A stretch of DNA of 64,000 bases from Heptranchias perlo (taxonomy: Eukaryota): assembly GCF_035084215.1 (NCBI RefSeq), contig NC_090336.1, positions 31,806,001 through 31,870,000 on the forward strand. Reading direction: 5' to 3'. The translations under genes were made by a program, and so were the position numbers. The notes below the pieces were generated by a model, which saw only the letters and a program-made list of their open reading frames with translations, was not told where the DNA came from and did no database searches. How positions within the stretch are numbered: position 1 is the first letter of the stretch; the number at the start of each line of letters is the position of its first letter. Shown piece by piece: positions 1 to 11,922 of the stretch.

Positions 1-415
1 GCCACCTTGAGCCTGGCCTTCTTGGTGTCAGAGGCAGGCCACTTCCTCCCATCCACCGGGTAAAACAGATCCCTCCTCCTCCTCACCCCATCCAGTAGCA
101 CCTGGAGTGAGGCATCGTTAAATCTTGGAGCAGCCTTGCCCCTGTGCTGCTCCATTGTGCTGTGTGGGTGTTTGCTCCAGGAAAAGCCATTGGAGGACTG
201 GCCCTATAAATAGAGCTCCTCCAGCTGAGAGCCAGTGAGGCAGGTGCGCAGTCCGCCCACTGCACAGCTTTTGGATGGCAAACCCGGAAGCCACATTAAG
301 TGGCACCAATTGAATCATGATCGCGTGGAAAACAGACATTTTTTATTGGGCAGGTTATCCACGCGCCCAATTACCCCCTTGTTGCCATTCCGCCTCCACT
401 CTAATATCGGGGCCC
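1..415 (-). mobile_element. End of a PIF/Harbinger-type element with the start of a Myb/SANT-like ORF (runs off window)
   Basis: Minus strand from ATG at 155 reads MEQHRGKAAPRFNDASLQVLLDGVRRRRDLFYPVDGRKWPASDTKKARLKVA, closely similar to the ORF at 29093; terminus AATATCGGGGCC is identical to the MITE terminus at 39431-39442. Confidence 0.8.
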
Positions 416-419
416 TGCT

Positions 420-1298
420 GTTGAAAGAAATTGAACGACTTGGCCAGAGCAGGCATGGTAACACCCTAACCCTACTCTCCCTTTCATCCTTGCCCACCCT
501 AGGCAATCAGCACACCCTTCACTCTCTTAAAGCAACACTTACACAACTAACCCTTCAAAATGCTCTCTAGTTAAGGGCGCCTCCATCTCCCTGTCCTGCA
601 CCATGGATACACAGCTCTTCTAACACACAGCAACTGCCTTCCACAACGCCAAAACACCTTCCACCAGTGTAACACCCTCACACCCCCACATCTCTTACTT
701 CACCTCCCCCATGGAACTTGCCACATACTCCTTAACTGCCAGCCTTACCCTCATTGACTATCTCTTTGCAAGAAAATTTGGCGCATAATGCCCAGCAAAA
801 GGCAGGCAGCTCGAGGGAGCATCCCTATTTTCAAACCCCTCACCTGCTATGAGGATAAGGCCATGCAGCACATGGACATGCACTCAGCTATTGAAGAGTG
901 TAGTGATGCCAGGGTAGACAAGGACAAGTGAGTTTGTTATCTTGCCAACCCTGGTCTGTGATATCTTGCTAACCATCGGGTTTGCAAATGAACCCCAATA
1001 ATGTAGCCTGCCAGCCCTCTGCAGCCCTTATCCCGAGGGGATCATGTTCAACAACACAGTCCGTAGCGACCCTGGATTCCCATTTTATATGCGTGGGCTG
1101 TTATTCTGGTGAAAACTCATCAGGACTCATTAAATGCTGCAACTGGGAAACTGCTGGGTAATTCCAGCTCTACTAGAAAAGCCACCTGAGATGTTAAATG
1201 GATGGAGACATGGCATAAACGATTTCCATCCATATTTCCAATTGGTTATGCCCACTTACAACTATTAGAATTACACCTATTTATCAGAAAATCTACCT
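420..1298 (+). mobile_element. Older degraded Harbinger Myb/SANT gene relic
   Basis: TTGAACGACTTGGCCAGAGCAGG (LNDLARAG) followed by a GT donor, a C-rich intron and an exon-2-like segment near 770-930; same layout as 29093-29860. Confidence 0.5.
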
Positions 1299-1659
1299 AA
1301 GCTCTGGTTGAATAATCAATTTTTAAAAAATAATTTAAAAGCAGAATGAGCTTTACGAAAACCACCATTAGTTAATTCCAAAAATTAGACAAGGTTCACT
1401 GCTGAACATTCATGCCTTAAAGTCCTATTAAAGTGGAGCATTGTTTTGAAAATGTTGATCATGGTATGAGTCAGTACCAAACAGGTTATGACCAAGTGAA
1501 AGTCAAAGAGCATTTATATCTTTCTTTTGTGCATGTTCTAATTTTTTTTTGCATCAGGCTGCAGGCATTAAGGCCCATTAGTATATTTACTGTGGAGTCA
1601 GTTTCAAATGACTTGTTAGAAAATCCTATGTAGTTAAAATACCCAGCAAATGTGATGCA

Positions 1660-1940
1660 TAGAATTACATTGAATTTACAGCACAGAAACAGGCTATTTT
1701 GCCCAACTGGTCTGTGCCAGTGTTTGTGCTCCATACGAGCCTCCTCCCTCCCTACTTCAGCTAACCCTATCTGCATATCCTTCGTTTCCTTTCTCCTTCA
1801 TGTACTTATCTAGCTTCCCCTTAATGGCATCTATGCTATTCACCTCAACTACTCCTTGTGGTAGCAAGTTCCACATTCTCACCACTCTTTGAGTAAAGAA
1901 GGTTCTTCTGGATTCATTATTGGATAAAATATCTTATATT
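1660..1940 (-). mobile_element. CR1 LINE 3' fragment
   Basis: ORF2 C-terminal and 3'UTR motifs (reverse complement of ...RVVRMWNLLP... and the GGCAAAATAGCCTGTTTCTGTGCTGTAA tail). Confidence 0.75.
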
Positions 1941-2626
1941 TATGATACATGAGTTAAAATGTACTGTTGTGAATTAGGACTGGGCTGGAAACTGAACTCC
2001 TGTGTATTTCATCTGTGATCCAGCCTTCCTGATATTCTTATGCCTGAGCCAAGCAGTGCAATTATAAGGAGTATTTCAGAGAGCAGTGTGAGCAGACTGA
2101 CATGATTATACTTCCACTTATACTTCCAGTCCCTGTTGAGGGAAGCCAAACTCTGCCATTCGTTTAATGCATGACAGAGCTCTATTTACTGGCTCTTGAC
2201 TATTGGTGAAACTTTCAACACTAGAAACAGTTAGGAAGGTAGCTCTTTCCTGCCATTTGCAAATTAAAGGAATTCCTGTGGATTCTCAAGTTCTTTTTTA
2301 TACTTTAAGTTTAGGTATTATCTGTGCACAAAGCTTCAGTGATGTGCATCACCAGTGGGTAGGATTACCAAATTGGGGGATGGGGGAAGGGAGATTTTTT
2401 CTGGTCACTATGGAAACAATGTAAACATAGCCGGAAGATTAATAGCAAAATAGTGTTCTAAAAGAACATAGGAATTCTTCCCACTATCTTTATGATATGT
2501 TGCTAACAAGTAGTGACCAAGAATAATCTTGGGCAGCTAGGGTTGCCAACCCTCCAGGATTGGCCTGGAGTCTCCAGGAATTGAAGATTAATCTCCAGAA
2601 TACTGCTGTGAGCAATCCGGGAGAAA

Positions 2627-5424
2627 AATCATAGAATCATAGAATCATAGAATCATAGAAGTTACAACATGGAAACAGGCCCTTCGGCCCAACATGTCCA
2701 TGTCGCCCAGTTTATACCACTAAGCTAGTCCCAATTGCCTGCACTTGGCCCATATCCCTCGATACCCATCTTCCCCATGTAACTGTCCAAATGCTTTTTA
2801 AAAGACAAAATTGTACCCGCCTCTACTACTGCCTCTGGCAGCTCGTTCCAGACACTCACCACCCTTTGAGTGAAAAAATTGCCCCTCTGGATCCTTTTGT
2901 ATCTCTCCCCTCTCACCTTAAATCTGTGCCCCCTCGTTATAGACTCCCCTACCTTTGGGAAAAGATTTTGACTATCTACCTTATCTATGCCCCTCATTAT
3001 TTTATAGACTTCTATAAGATCACCCCTTAACCTCCTACTCTCCAGGGAATAAAGTCCCAGTCTGTCTAACCTCTCCCTGTAAGTCAAACCATCAAGTCCC
3101 GGTAGCATCCTAGTAAATCTTTTCTGCACTCTTTCTAGTTTAATAATATCCTTTCTATAATAGGGTGACCAGAACTGTACACAGTACTCCAAGTGTGGCC
3201 TCACCAATGCCCTGTACAACTTCAACAAGACATCCCAACTCCTGCATTCAATGTTCTGACCAATGAAACCAAGCATGCTGAATGCCTTCTTCACCACCCT
3301 ATCCACCTGTGACTCCACTTTCAAGGAGCTATGAATCTGTACTCCTAGATCTCTTTGTTCTATAACTCTCCCCAACGCCCTACCATTAACGGAGTAGGTC
3401 CTGGCCCGATTCGATCTACCAAAATGCATCACCTCACATTTATCTAAATTAAACTCCATCTGCCATTCATCGGCCCACTGGCCCAATTTATCAAGATCCC
3501 GTTGCAATCCTAGATAACCTTCTTCACTGTCCACAATGCCACCAATCTTGGTGTCATCTGCAAACTTACTAACCATGCCTCCTAAATTCTCATCCAAATC
3601 ATTAATATAAATAACAAATAACAGCGGACCCAGCACCGATCCCTGAGGCACACCGCTGGACACAGGCATCCAGTTTGAAAAACAACCCTCGACAACCACC
3701 CTCTGTCTTCTGTCGTCAAGCCAATTTTGTATCCAATTGGCTACCTCACCTTGGATCCCATGAGATTTAACCTTATGTAACAACCTACCATGCGGTACCT
3801 TGTCAAATGCTTTGCTGAAGTCCATGTAGACCACGTCTACTGCACAGCCCTCATCTATCTTCTTGGTTACCCCTTCAAAAAACTCAATCAAATTCGTGAG
3901 ACATGATTTTCCTCTCACAAAACCATGCTGACTGTTCCTAATTAGTCCCTGCCTCTCCAAATGCCTGTAGATTCTGTCCCTCAGAATACCCTCTAACAAC
4001 TTACCCACTACAGATGTCAGGCTCACTGGTCTGTAGTTCCCAGGCTTTTCCCTGCCGCCCTTCTTAAACAAAGGCACAACATTTGCTACCCTCCAATCTT
4101 CAGGCACCTCACCTGTAGCGGTGGATGATTCAAATATCTCTGCTAGGGGACCCGCAATTTCCTCCCTAACCTCCCATAACGTCCTCGGATACATTTCATC
4201 AGGTCCCGGAGATTTATCTACCTTGATGCGCGTTAAGACTTCCAGCACCTCCCTCTCTGTAATATGTACACTCCTCAAGACATCACTATTTATTTCCCCA
4301 AGTTCCCTAACATCCATGCCTTTCTCAACCGTAAATACCGATGTGAAATATTCATTCAGGATCTCACCCATCTCTTGTGGTTCCGCACATAGATGACCTT
4401 GTTGATCCTTAAGAGGCCCTACTCTCTCCCTAGTTACCCTTTTGCCCTTTATGTATTTGTAGAAGCTCTTTGGATTCACCTTTGCCTGATCTGCCAAAGC
4501 AATCTCATATCCCCTTTTTGCCCTCCTGATTTCTCTCTTAACTCTACTCCGGCAATCTCTATACTCTTCAAGGGATCCACTTGATCCCAGCTGCCTATGC
4601 ATGTCATATGCCTCCTTCTTATTTTTGACTAGTGCCTCAATCTCCCGAGTCATCCAAGGTTCCCTACTTCTACCAGCCTTGCCCTTCACTTTATAAGGAA
4701 TGTGCTTACCCTGAACCCTGGTTAACACACTTTTGAAAGCCTCCCACTTACCAGACGTCCCTTTGCCTGCCAACAGACTCTCCCAATCAACTTCTGAAAG
4801 TTCCTGTCTAATACCATCAAAATTGGCCTTTCCCCAATTTAGAATTTTAACTTTTGGGCCAGACCTATCCTTCTCCATAGCTATCTTAAAACTAATGGAA
4901 TTATGATCACTGGTCCCAAAGTGATCCCTCACTAACACTTCTGTCACCTGCCCTTCCTTATTTCCCAAGAGGAGGTCAAGTTTTGCCCCCTCTCTAGTCG
5001 GGCCATCCACATACTGAATGAGAAATTCCTCCTGAATACACTCAACAAATTTCTCTCCATCCAAGCCCCTAATGCTATGGCTGTCCCAGTCAATGTTGGG
5101 AAAGTTAAAGTCCCCTACTATTACCACCCTATTTTTCTTGCAGCTGTCTGTAATCTCCTTACATATTTGCTCCTCAATTTCCCGTTGACTATTTGGGGGT
5201 CTGTAGTACAATCCTATCAAAGTGATCTCTCCCTTCTTATTTTTCAGTTCTACCCATATGGACTCAGTGGGCGAACCCTCGGATATATCCCCTCTCACTA
5301 CTGCCGTGATGTTCTCCCTAATCAAGAACGCAACTCCCCCTCCTCTCTTACCTCCTGCTCTATCTTTCCTATAGCATCTGTACCCTGGAACATTGAGCTG
5401 CCAGTCCTGCCCCTCCCTTAGCCA
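2627..5424 (-). mobile_element. Young 5'-truncated CR1-clade LINE (HER1-like)
   Basis: (ATTCTATG)n tail at 2627-2660, short 3'UTR, uninterrupted ORF2. Confidence 0.95.
2725..5421 (-). CDS. CR1 ORF2: partial APE endonuclease plus reverse transcriptase
   Basis: EN motifs YYRPP, GDFNFP, LDLLL, SDHN; RT motifs PGNYRPVSLTS, DFSKAFDKV, GVPQGSVLGP, KFADD; no stops over ~900 codons. The first ~13 aa of the listed ORF come from flanking MITE DNA. Confidence 0.93.
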   Translation of the reverse strand, partial: LREGQDWQLNVPGYRCYRKDRAGGKRGGGVAFLIRENITAVVRGDISEGSPTESIWVELKNKKGEITLIGLYYRPPNSQREIEEQICKEITDSCKKNRVVIVGDFNFPNIDWDSHSIRGLDGEKFVECIQEEFLIQYVDGPTREGAKLDLLLGNKEGQVTEVLVRDHFGTSDHNSISFKIAMEKDRSGPKVKILNWGKANFDGIRQELSEVDWESLLAGKGTSGKWEAFKSVLTRVQGKHIPYKVKGKAGRSREPWMTREIEALVKNKKEAYDMHRQLGSSGSLEEYRDCRSRVKREIRRAKRGYEIALADQAKVNPKSFYKYIKGKRVTRERVGPLKDQQGHLCAEPQEMGEILNEYFTSVFTVEKGMDVRELGEINSDVLRSVHITEREVLEVLTRIKVDKSPGPDEMYPRTLWEVREEIAGPLAEIFESSTATGEVPEDWRVANVVPLFKKGGREKPGNYRPVSLTSVVGKLLEGILRDRIYRHLERQGLIRNSQHGFVRGKSCLTNLIEFFEGVTKKIDEGCAVDVVYMDFSKAFDKVPHGRLLHKVKSHGIQGEVANWIQNWLDDRRQRVVVEGCFSNWMPVSSGVPQGSVLGPLLFVIYINDLDENLGGMVSKFADDTKIGGIVDSEEGYLGLQRDLDKLGQWADEWQMEFNLDKCEVMHFGRSNRARTYSVNGRALGRVIEQRDLGVQIHSSLKVESQVDRVVKKAFSMLGFIGQNIECRSWDVLLKLYRALVRPHLEYCVQFWSPYYRKDIIKLERVQKRFTRMLPGLDGLTYRERLDRLGLYSLESRRLRGDLIEVYKIMRGIDKVDSQNLFPKVGESITRGHRFKVRGERYKRIQRGNFFTQRVVSVWNELPEAVVEAGTILSFKKHLDSYMGKMGIEGYGPSAGNWD

Positions 5425-6559
5425 ATAAAAAATTGTATGTTTTTTTCCATTTTCTTTGAACACTTCTGCTTATTAGTTAGAAAAATATTGGAGATGGGAA
5501 AAAAAATGCTGTTTGACTGACAGTCAAGAATCATCCAATTCATGAGTCTTTTCACTTTCCAATTGGCATGGGAAGGCGGTGCGTCACGAGCATGGGTGTG
5601 TTGGGCGAGCAATGGCAGGAGCATGGAGGAGGAGCAGTTGGAGGCAGGACATCATGTGATGAAACATTCAACTAGAGTTGGCAACCCTATGGAAAGCAGG
5701 AAATGCAGGAGAGATACAGAGATAGCGATAGGGTGGAACAATCCCCTCTGCCCCCATTAGTGCCACAGAATTGGCAGGAGGCAGCCAAAAAATCTAGGCC
5801 TCAGCGCCTGCTCAGGCCTGTCCTCTGTTTGACATGGTCACTTTAGCCCTTCTATTACCGTTCATTTGTAATGGGGGAGTCCTTCCAAGCTCACAACCTA
5901 CAGATACACATTGAGATACTTTTCATTACCGCCTCTTATCTCGCATGTTGGGCACAGTTGGATAGAATAAAAGCAGTTTATTGCAACACAGAAACAGATT
6001 ATCAATTATTACACCAAGCCCACAAGCCATACTGGAATTAAGCTCAACAATACTCATAATTAGATGTGTTTCAACAGGCTCCAATCTGCATTCAACTGAG
6101 CAGGGCACATTGAACCAAATAAATCCTCTTGTTTCATGCACAATGGCATCTCAACTTACCAGCAGCATTCTACGCATCACTGAACCTGGTGTCAAAATAC
6201 CCCTTAAATATTCACATTTTCTCAATATCTGGTGGAAGAGACATTAAGGTAGATCTTGACTTTGTGCGATGTATAAAATGAATAATAGCGAGGCGGCAGC
6301 CGGTTTTACATCTCTCCCGATTTTTATTTCCATTGAAGTCATTTCTCAGTAACATCCCCATTTTTTCTAGTACTACTGCAGCCAATGAAGTAAAACGATG
6401 CAGCTGGAGCCAAAAGTCAGTTCTCCAACTGCTCTATCAAAAACCTTCCAAATTCTGTCAAAAAAATGACTCCAAAAATCCCCAGCAGCCTAAAACGACT
6501 AGCCAGAAGCTTAGCTTAATGGAGGTAGGGATCCCTTTAAAGATCGCTGCTTCAGACTG

Positions 6560-6665
6560 CTTCCTGAGTGTTACTGTACAACAATAACTACACTTCAGAA
6601 GTATTTCATTGGCTGTAAATTACTTTGGAACGTCCTGAGGTCTATATAAACACATGTCTTCTTTA
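6560..6665 (+). mobile_element. Deu-type SINE 3' fragment
   Basis: CTACACTTCAGAAGTATTTCATTGGCTGTAAA...GTCCTGAGG..CTATATAAA tail shared with other copies. Confidence 0.6.
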
Positions 6666-6749
6666 ATTTTCTATGCTGGGTGTGCTTAAGAATGTTCGAA
6701 TCAAAGGCTCCCAGCCACCAAAAAAAGTCCTATTTCAACTGTAGGAGCC

Positions 6750-7800
6750 CTATTTAGATATTTTAATGAGCTCAACGTTCATTTCAGGCGGCCGCCAGCA
6801 ATATCTTAACCAATATGGTGGCCACGGCATTTTGTGCACACTTCCGATGCGGGACGTCCCACCGTGAAATTGATATGTTGAATGGCAATTTAGCACCTGA
6901 AAATTTCTACCCCTCAGATACATCCATGGAGGTTTTGCTGGCTGAAGCAAGGGCTGGAAGGGAATGACTCCTGGGCATTGAAGGCAGGAAACACCATAAC
7001 TGGTTGGTTCAGGTCGAATAGAGGGAGGTTGCAGAAGTGGTCAGTGCAACCACCTCCTTCTCAAGAAGTGCCACACAGTGCAGGGAGAGTTTCAATGACT
7101 TCACAAGGTAAATCAGGGCACTGTACCCAATCCACATCCTGTACCAATGATAGAGGCTTCACTCAGCTCCTTACCTGTCCTATTCTTTCTGTATTATCTG
7201 AGTGTCAGAGAACTGACTTATGCAAAGGGGAACCTCTGGATACACTGAAGCACCATCTGAATACTAAACTGCTTGGATCACACATTGCCTGCCACAAGGG
7301 GTTTTGCTGGTGTTGAAGGACAGTTCATTTAAAGGGACAATGGACCTGCACCTCTCATCAACATGGGATGCATGCACTCATATGAAGCCAAAAAATGTGC
7401 TGTCTCTCTACAAAGAGAAAGATTGCGTACAACCAACAATGAACTGCAACTGAGGGAGGAACACCAATACTGAAAACTCTAAGCCCATACGAACAGCAAG
7501 CTTTGCAGATAACAGGAAAGTGAACAGGAGAAGCTGTGAGAGCCAGTGAGGTTGGAGGTGAGGTGACAGATGGTTGGTAAAGGCAGGGCAACATGCCGAG
7601 TATCAGCTTCATGTACTTTCTTAAAGTATTGCAAAGCCCTTACACTCAGCTGTTATTTCGTCAAGGGCCAAGGTCACAGCTGTACAAGTTCTTCGGTGAA
7701 TCACATCATAGGAGGAGCCATGGAAGAAGAAGCCACGCCAATAACAATCCTGGCACTTCCAGATTCACAACTCTTACCATATCCTCACCAACTCTGTTAT
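6750..7800 (+). mobile_element. Degraded Harbinger Myb/SANT gene relic
   Basis: RSATQCRESFNDFT then AG|GTAAAT donor near 7108; exon-2-like KIAYNQQ*TATEGGTPILKTLSPYEQQALQI near 7415-7510. Confidence 0.6.
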
Positions 7801-8084
7801 GTCCCAAATAAACATTCACATTGGCGTGGTAATAACTAACTGCTTTTTTGAATTTCCAGACCCTCTAGAACATTCCTGTCAAAGAACAACGAAAGCAATA
7901 CAAGAGAAGTGGACCTGCAACAATGTGCTTACTCCCATCAGGGGACCATCTAGTGTTCAGTTAATATACAAGTACCATACATAGCCCTCAGAGTTAAAAG
8001 GTGAAAATAATCATGTCCAAGAATGAGGCTGGTTAATAGCTAAAAAACATCAAGTAAAAAAATTCAGCAACTACATCTTACAAT

Positions 8085-9142
8085 ATCTAGATGTAGGTGC
8101 TGGGGATATGATCTGCAAACTTACAGATGATACCAAGATTTCTGCAAGTGTTGGCACCGTAGACGATGCTGTATTGCTTCAGGTGAATCTTCATGTGTTG
8201 GGGGACTGGGCTCGTGACTGGCAAATTATGTTTAAGTTGGAGAAGTGCAGTGTTATGCTGGTGGAGAAAGAAAGAGATCTGGGAATTCTAGTGCAAAGGT
8301 CTCTAAAGGTTCATGAGCAACGCCGTGAAGCAATAGCTAGAGCAAATAGAGTGTTGGGGTGCATTTCTAGGACAATTGACTATAAGACAAAGCATACTAT
8401 TTTGTCCTTGTACAAGACCTTGGTCAGGCCTCAGTTAGAATACTATGTCTAGTTTTGGTCTCCTCACATGGTGGGTGATATTGAGGCTTTGGAAAGGAAG
8501 CAGAGAAGGGCCACGAGACTAATTCCCAGCTAAAAGCATCTCAAGACAAGCTAAAAGAGCTGGGGGTCTACACTTTAGAGAAGCGTAGACTTAGGGGTGA
8601 TACGATTGAGGCTTATAAAGTGATGAATAGAATAGATTGTGTTCCGGTTGACAGTTTGTTTCAATTAAATATGTTAAAGAGGACCAGGGGGTCACAATTT
8701 TAAGTTGTACAAGATCAGATCTAGCTTAGATGTCAGGAGTTGGTTCTTTTCCCAGAGAATAGTGGACCTCTGGAACAGGCTGCCGGTACATGTGGTGAAC
8801 GCTGATTCACTGAATTCCTTCAAGTGAGAGCTGGACCTGTTTCTGGCTAGGGTGGAGATCACCTCTTACAAAAGGCAGGTAAAGTAATGCATACAATTAT
8901 CAGGGCCAGAGTGATCTCCCGGATTAGTTTCAATCGCCAAAGGGATCGGAGAGAAATTTCCCAGATTTTTTCCCCTAAATTGGCCTGGGTTTTCATCTGG
9001 TTTATCGTCTATCCCAGGAGATCACATTGTGTGGGATGGGGGGTATATATATTGTGATACACAATGTATCACGATTGTGTGGGACATGCTGCGCGGATGA
9101 GAGGGTCTTTTCCTGTCCGTCATTGTTCGTATATTCATATGT
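8085..9142 (+). mobile_element. CR1 LINE 3' portion, older subfamily with longer 3'UTR
   Basis: KLTDDTKI...ERDLGILV...[12 protein letters not shown]; stops and frameshifts downstream. Confidence 0.85.
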
Positions 9143-9244
9143 CGTAATAACAGGATAAAAAAAACACAGCACTCTTCCGGTAGTAGACAGGACAGATGGG
9201 TTATGCCAAGACTAGAACCATAATGAAAACCGCTACACTCATAA

Positions 9245-10160
9245 CTATCTACAAGTCCAAACAATTTGGAGGTTTCCTTGACATTTGAGGATATCTTTCA
9301 TTAGGATTGTGCTGGGGCTAATAACAAGTGCAGTAGATAGGGACTTCTTAGGTTCGGTTTCAACACTGTCAAGGTTCACAACTTTCTTCGGAGACTGCCC
9401 TGGAGAGTTTACACCAGAAACAGGAGCACGAGCAATGTCCTTTGAGGTGGTTGGTTCATTACATGTGGGAATAGGTGAAGCATCTGAAGCTTTCTAAGAT
9501 TGGTAACAGTTAATTCCTTAGTGTCAACTGTCAGCTCCTGAACCTGCTTCATTAACTGTTGAAACATCTGTGGTATGAGCATGTTCAGCATGCTTCTCAC
9601 TCTTTGGAATAGTTCTTGTTATTTTTGTATTTCAGGATCATCAGGAACTCCTCGCTCACTTTGTGACTGCTTTCTAATATATACGTAGTTTGGGACCCTG
9701 GGCAGCAGTGGGAGGGGTCCAAAAGTCTTGTCATTAGTTTGGTGAGCTTAATCTTGTCAAGAACAACATCACTGATTGTTGGCAAACCATCTAGTTTTTA
9801 TACACAGGCTGGCATGAACTGCAACCCAAGGGGAAGTTCCGGATTATATCGCTTCTTGCCCTCAGGATTGAACGATTTCCACTGCTGTTCTTTGAAACCA
9901 CACACGAGACTGTTATCAGGGTTTTCTTTGATATGGGTCTTGGTGTTTTCACTTTCAGAAATGGTCTCCGAACCATTCTGTTCAGGTTTTATCACAGGCA
10001 CGACAATCCCTCTGGTCGATTTTCTCAATTATGCCTCACACTCCATGTGATCTAATTCTGCTGATACCCTTTCCTTTAGAGCAAAGGGTACCGCTCTGGG
10101 CTTAAAAAATTTTGGTTTTGCACCCTCCTTCACATTAAAAGTGTACCTGGATACCTGAAT
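9245..10160 (-). mobile_element. Gypsy/Ty3 pol relic (K02A2.6-like), internally deleted
   Basis: Minus strand NVKEGAKPKFFKPRAVPFALKERVSAELDHME...IVVPVIKP (start of RT) and terminal ERYPQMSRKPPNCLDL* typical of the pol C-terminus; RT core not visible. Confidence 0.65.
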
Positions 10161-10335
10161 AAGGACTGGTAACACTTCCACGAGTGGTGATTTTATTAAT
10201 ACTGGCTTAACTTCAGGCTATGAAAGCGATCACAGCTTGAGCACAAAGTTTTAAGTTCATTTTTTGTGCTTGTAACTTTTTGGAGTTGCTTGATGGTAGG
10301 GGAAATCTACGCCTGTATTATGAAGGAAATAGGAT

Positions 10336-10402
10336 GTGTGTGAGTGTGAGTGTGAGTGTGTGTGTATGTATGGGTGTGGGTGTGGGTGTGGGTGGTGGGG
10401 GG
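10336..10402. repeat. GT-rich microsatellite
   Basis: (GTGAGT)n, (GT)n, (GGGTGT)n runs. Confidence 0.85.
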
Positions 10403-10854
10403 GCTGGAGAATAGACAGATGTGAAGTGATTTTATTTGGTGTGACAACTTTTATTTATTAAGAGCATTGGACTACAATTTTTCTCCTCCTTTCTCTGGAT
10501 GCTAGCACTGCTGAGGCATCTGAGATGAAGGAGGACCACACAAATTTCCTGCCAAGGCCATTTGGATAGTCTGGGTGCACTCCAGGACCAGGCCTTTCCC
10601 CCAGCTGGGTCTTGTGCCTGAACATCGAGCAGGAATCAGAAGTGTAGCTGTATTCCTGGATGCTGTCCTTCGCACTTTTCTATCATTGTGGGGGGAGGAG
10701 GGTGGTTGTAAGAAAATTTACAACTTGCCTGCTTAATCTTCCCTGGGACCCCCGCAGGTCCTGAGGCAAACGTTTGCATCAGGTATCTTCAGATGTCCCT
10801 ACACTTGGATATCCGATGGTCAAAATCTTAGGAAATTGAGGCAGGAGGCTGGGA

Positions 10855-11922
10855 AACCCCCACCTCACCCACCCCCATCCCCCCACTAACCCCACAACCC
10901 CAACCCCCCACTAACCCCAACCACACCCTCCCAATCCCCCAACTTACCCCAACCCCCATCCACCCCCCCGCACCTAGCCCCCCACTAACCCCACCCCCCC
11001 ACCCACCCCCTCCCAACCCTCCCACACCCAACCCACCCACCTACCCCCCAATTCCCAACCCCCACTCAACCCCCCCCACATCCAACCCACCCACCCACCC
11101 CCCAATTCCCAACCCCCACTCAACCCCCCCCCCACACCCAACCCACCCACCCACCCCCCAATTCCCAACCCCCACTCAACCCCCCCCACACCCAACCCAC
11201 CCACCCCCCAACTCCCACCCAACCCCCCCACTAACCCCACAACCCCATCCCCACCCACCCACCCACCTCCTCCAAACCCCAAAACACCCAACCCCACCCC
11301 CACCCCCAACTCCCCCACACCCAACCCCTCTCAACTCCTCCCACACCCAACCCCCCACCCCACCCCCAACCCACCCCCAACTCCCAACCCTCCACCCCCT
11401 ACTAACCCCCCACCCCCCACTAACCCCTCCCAACCCCCCCAACCCCACCCCCCACACACCCACCATCCCCATCCATCCCCCACCCCCACCCCCCACACAC
11501 CCACCAACCCCATCCACCCCCCCCCACCCCCACCCCCCACACACCCACCAACCCCATCCACCCCCCCACCCCCACCCCCCACACACCCACCAACCCCATC
11601 CACCCCCCCACCCCCACCCCCCACTCCCAACCCCCCATCCACCCCCCCACTCCCAACCCCCCATCCACCCCCCCACTCCCAACCCCCCATCCACCCCCCC
11701 ACTCCCAACCCCCCATCCACCCCCCCACTCCCAACCCCCCATCCACCCCCCCACTCCCAACCCCCCATCCACCCCCCCACTCCCAACCCCCCATCCACCC
11801 CCCCACTCCCAACCCCCCATCCACCCCCCCACTCCCAACCCCCCATCCACCCCCCCACTCCCAACCCCCCACTCCCAACCCCCATCCACCCCCCCACTCC
11901 CAACCCCCATCCACCCCCCCAA
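10855..11922. repeat. C-rich low-complexity tract ending in a ~26-bp minisatellite
   Basis: Essentially G-free plus strand; unit CCACTCCCAACCCCCCATCCACCCCC tandem from ~11620 to 11920. Confidence 0.95.

Larger units (their letters stand above)
2538..5689. mobile_element. hAT-type (Blackjack-like TIR) MITE split by a CR1 insertion
   Basis: 13-bp perfect TIR TAGGGTTGCCAAC (2538) / GTTGGCAACCCTA (ends 5689); flanking 8-mers TGGGCAGC / TGGAAAGC (6/8 match) fit a decayed 8-bp hAT TSD. Confidence 0.75.
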
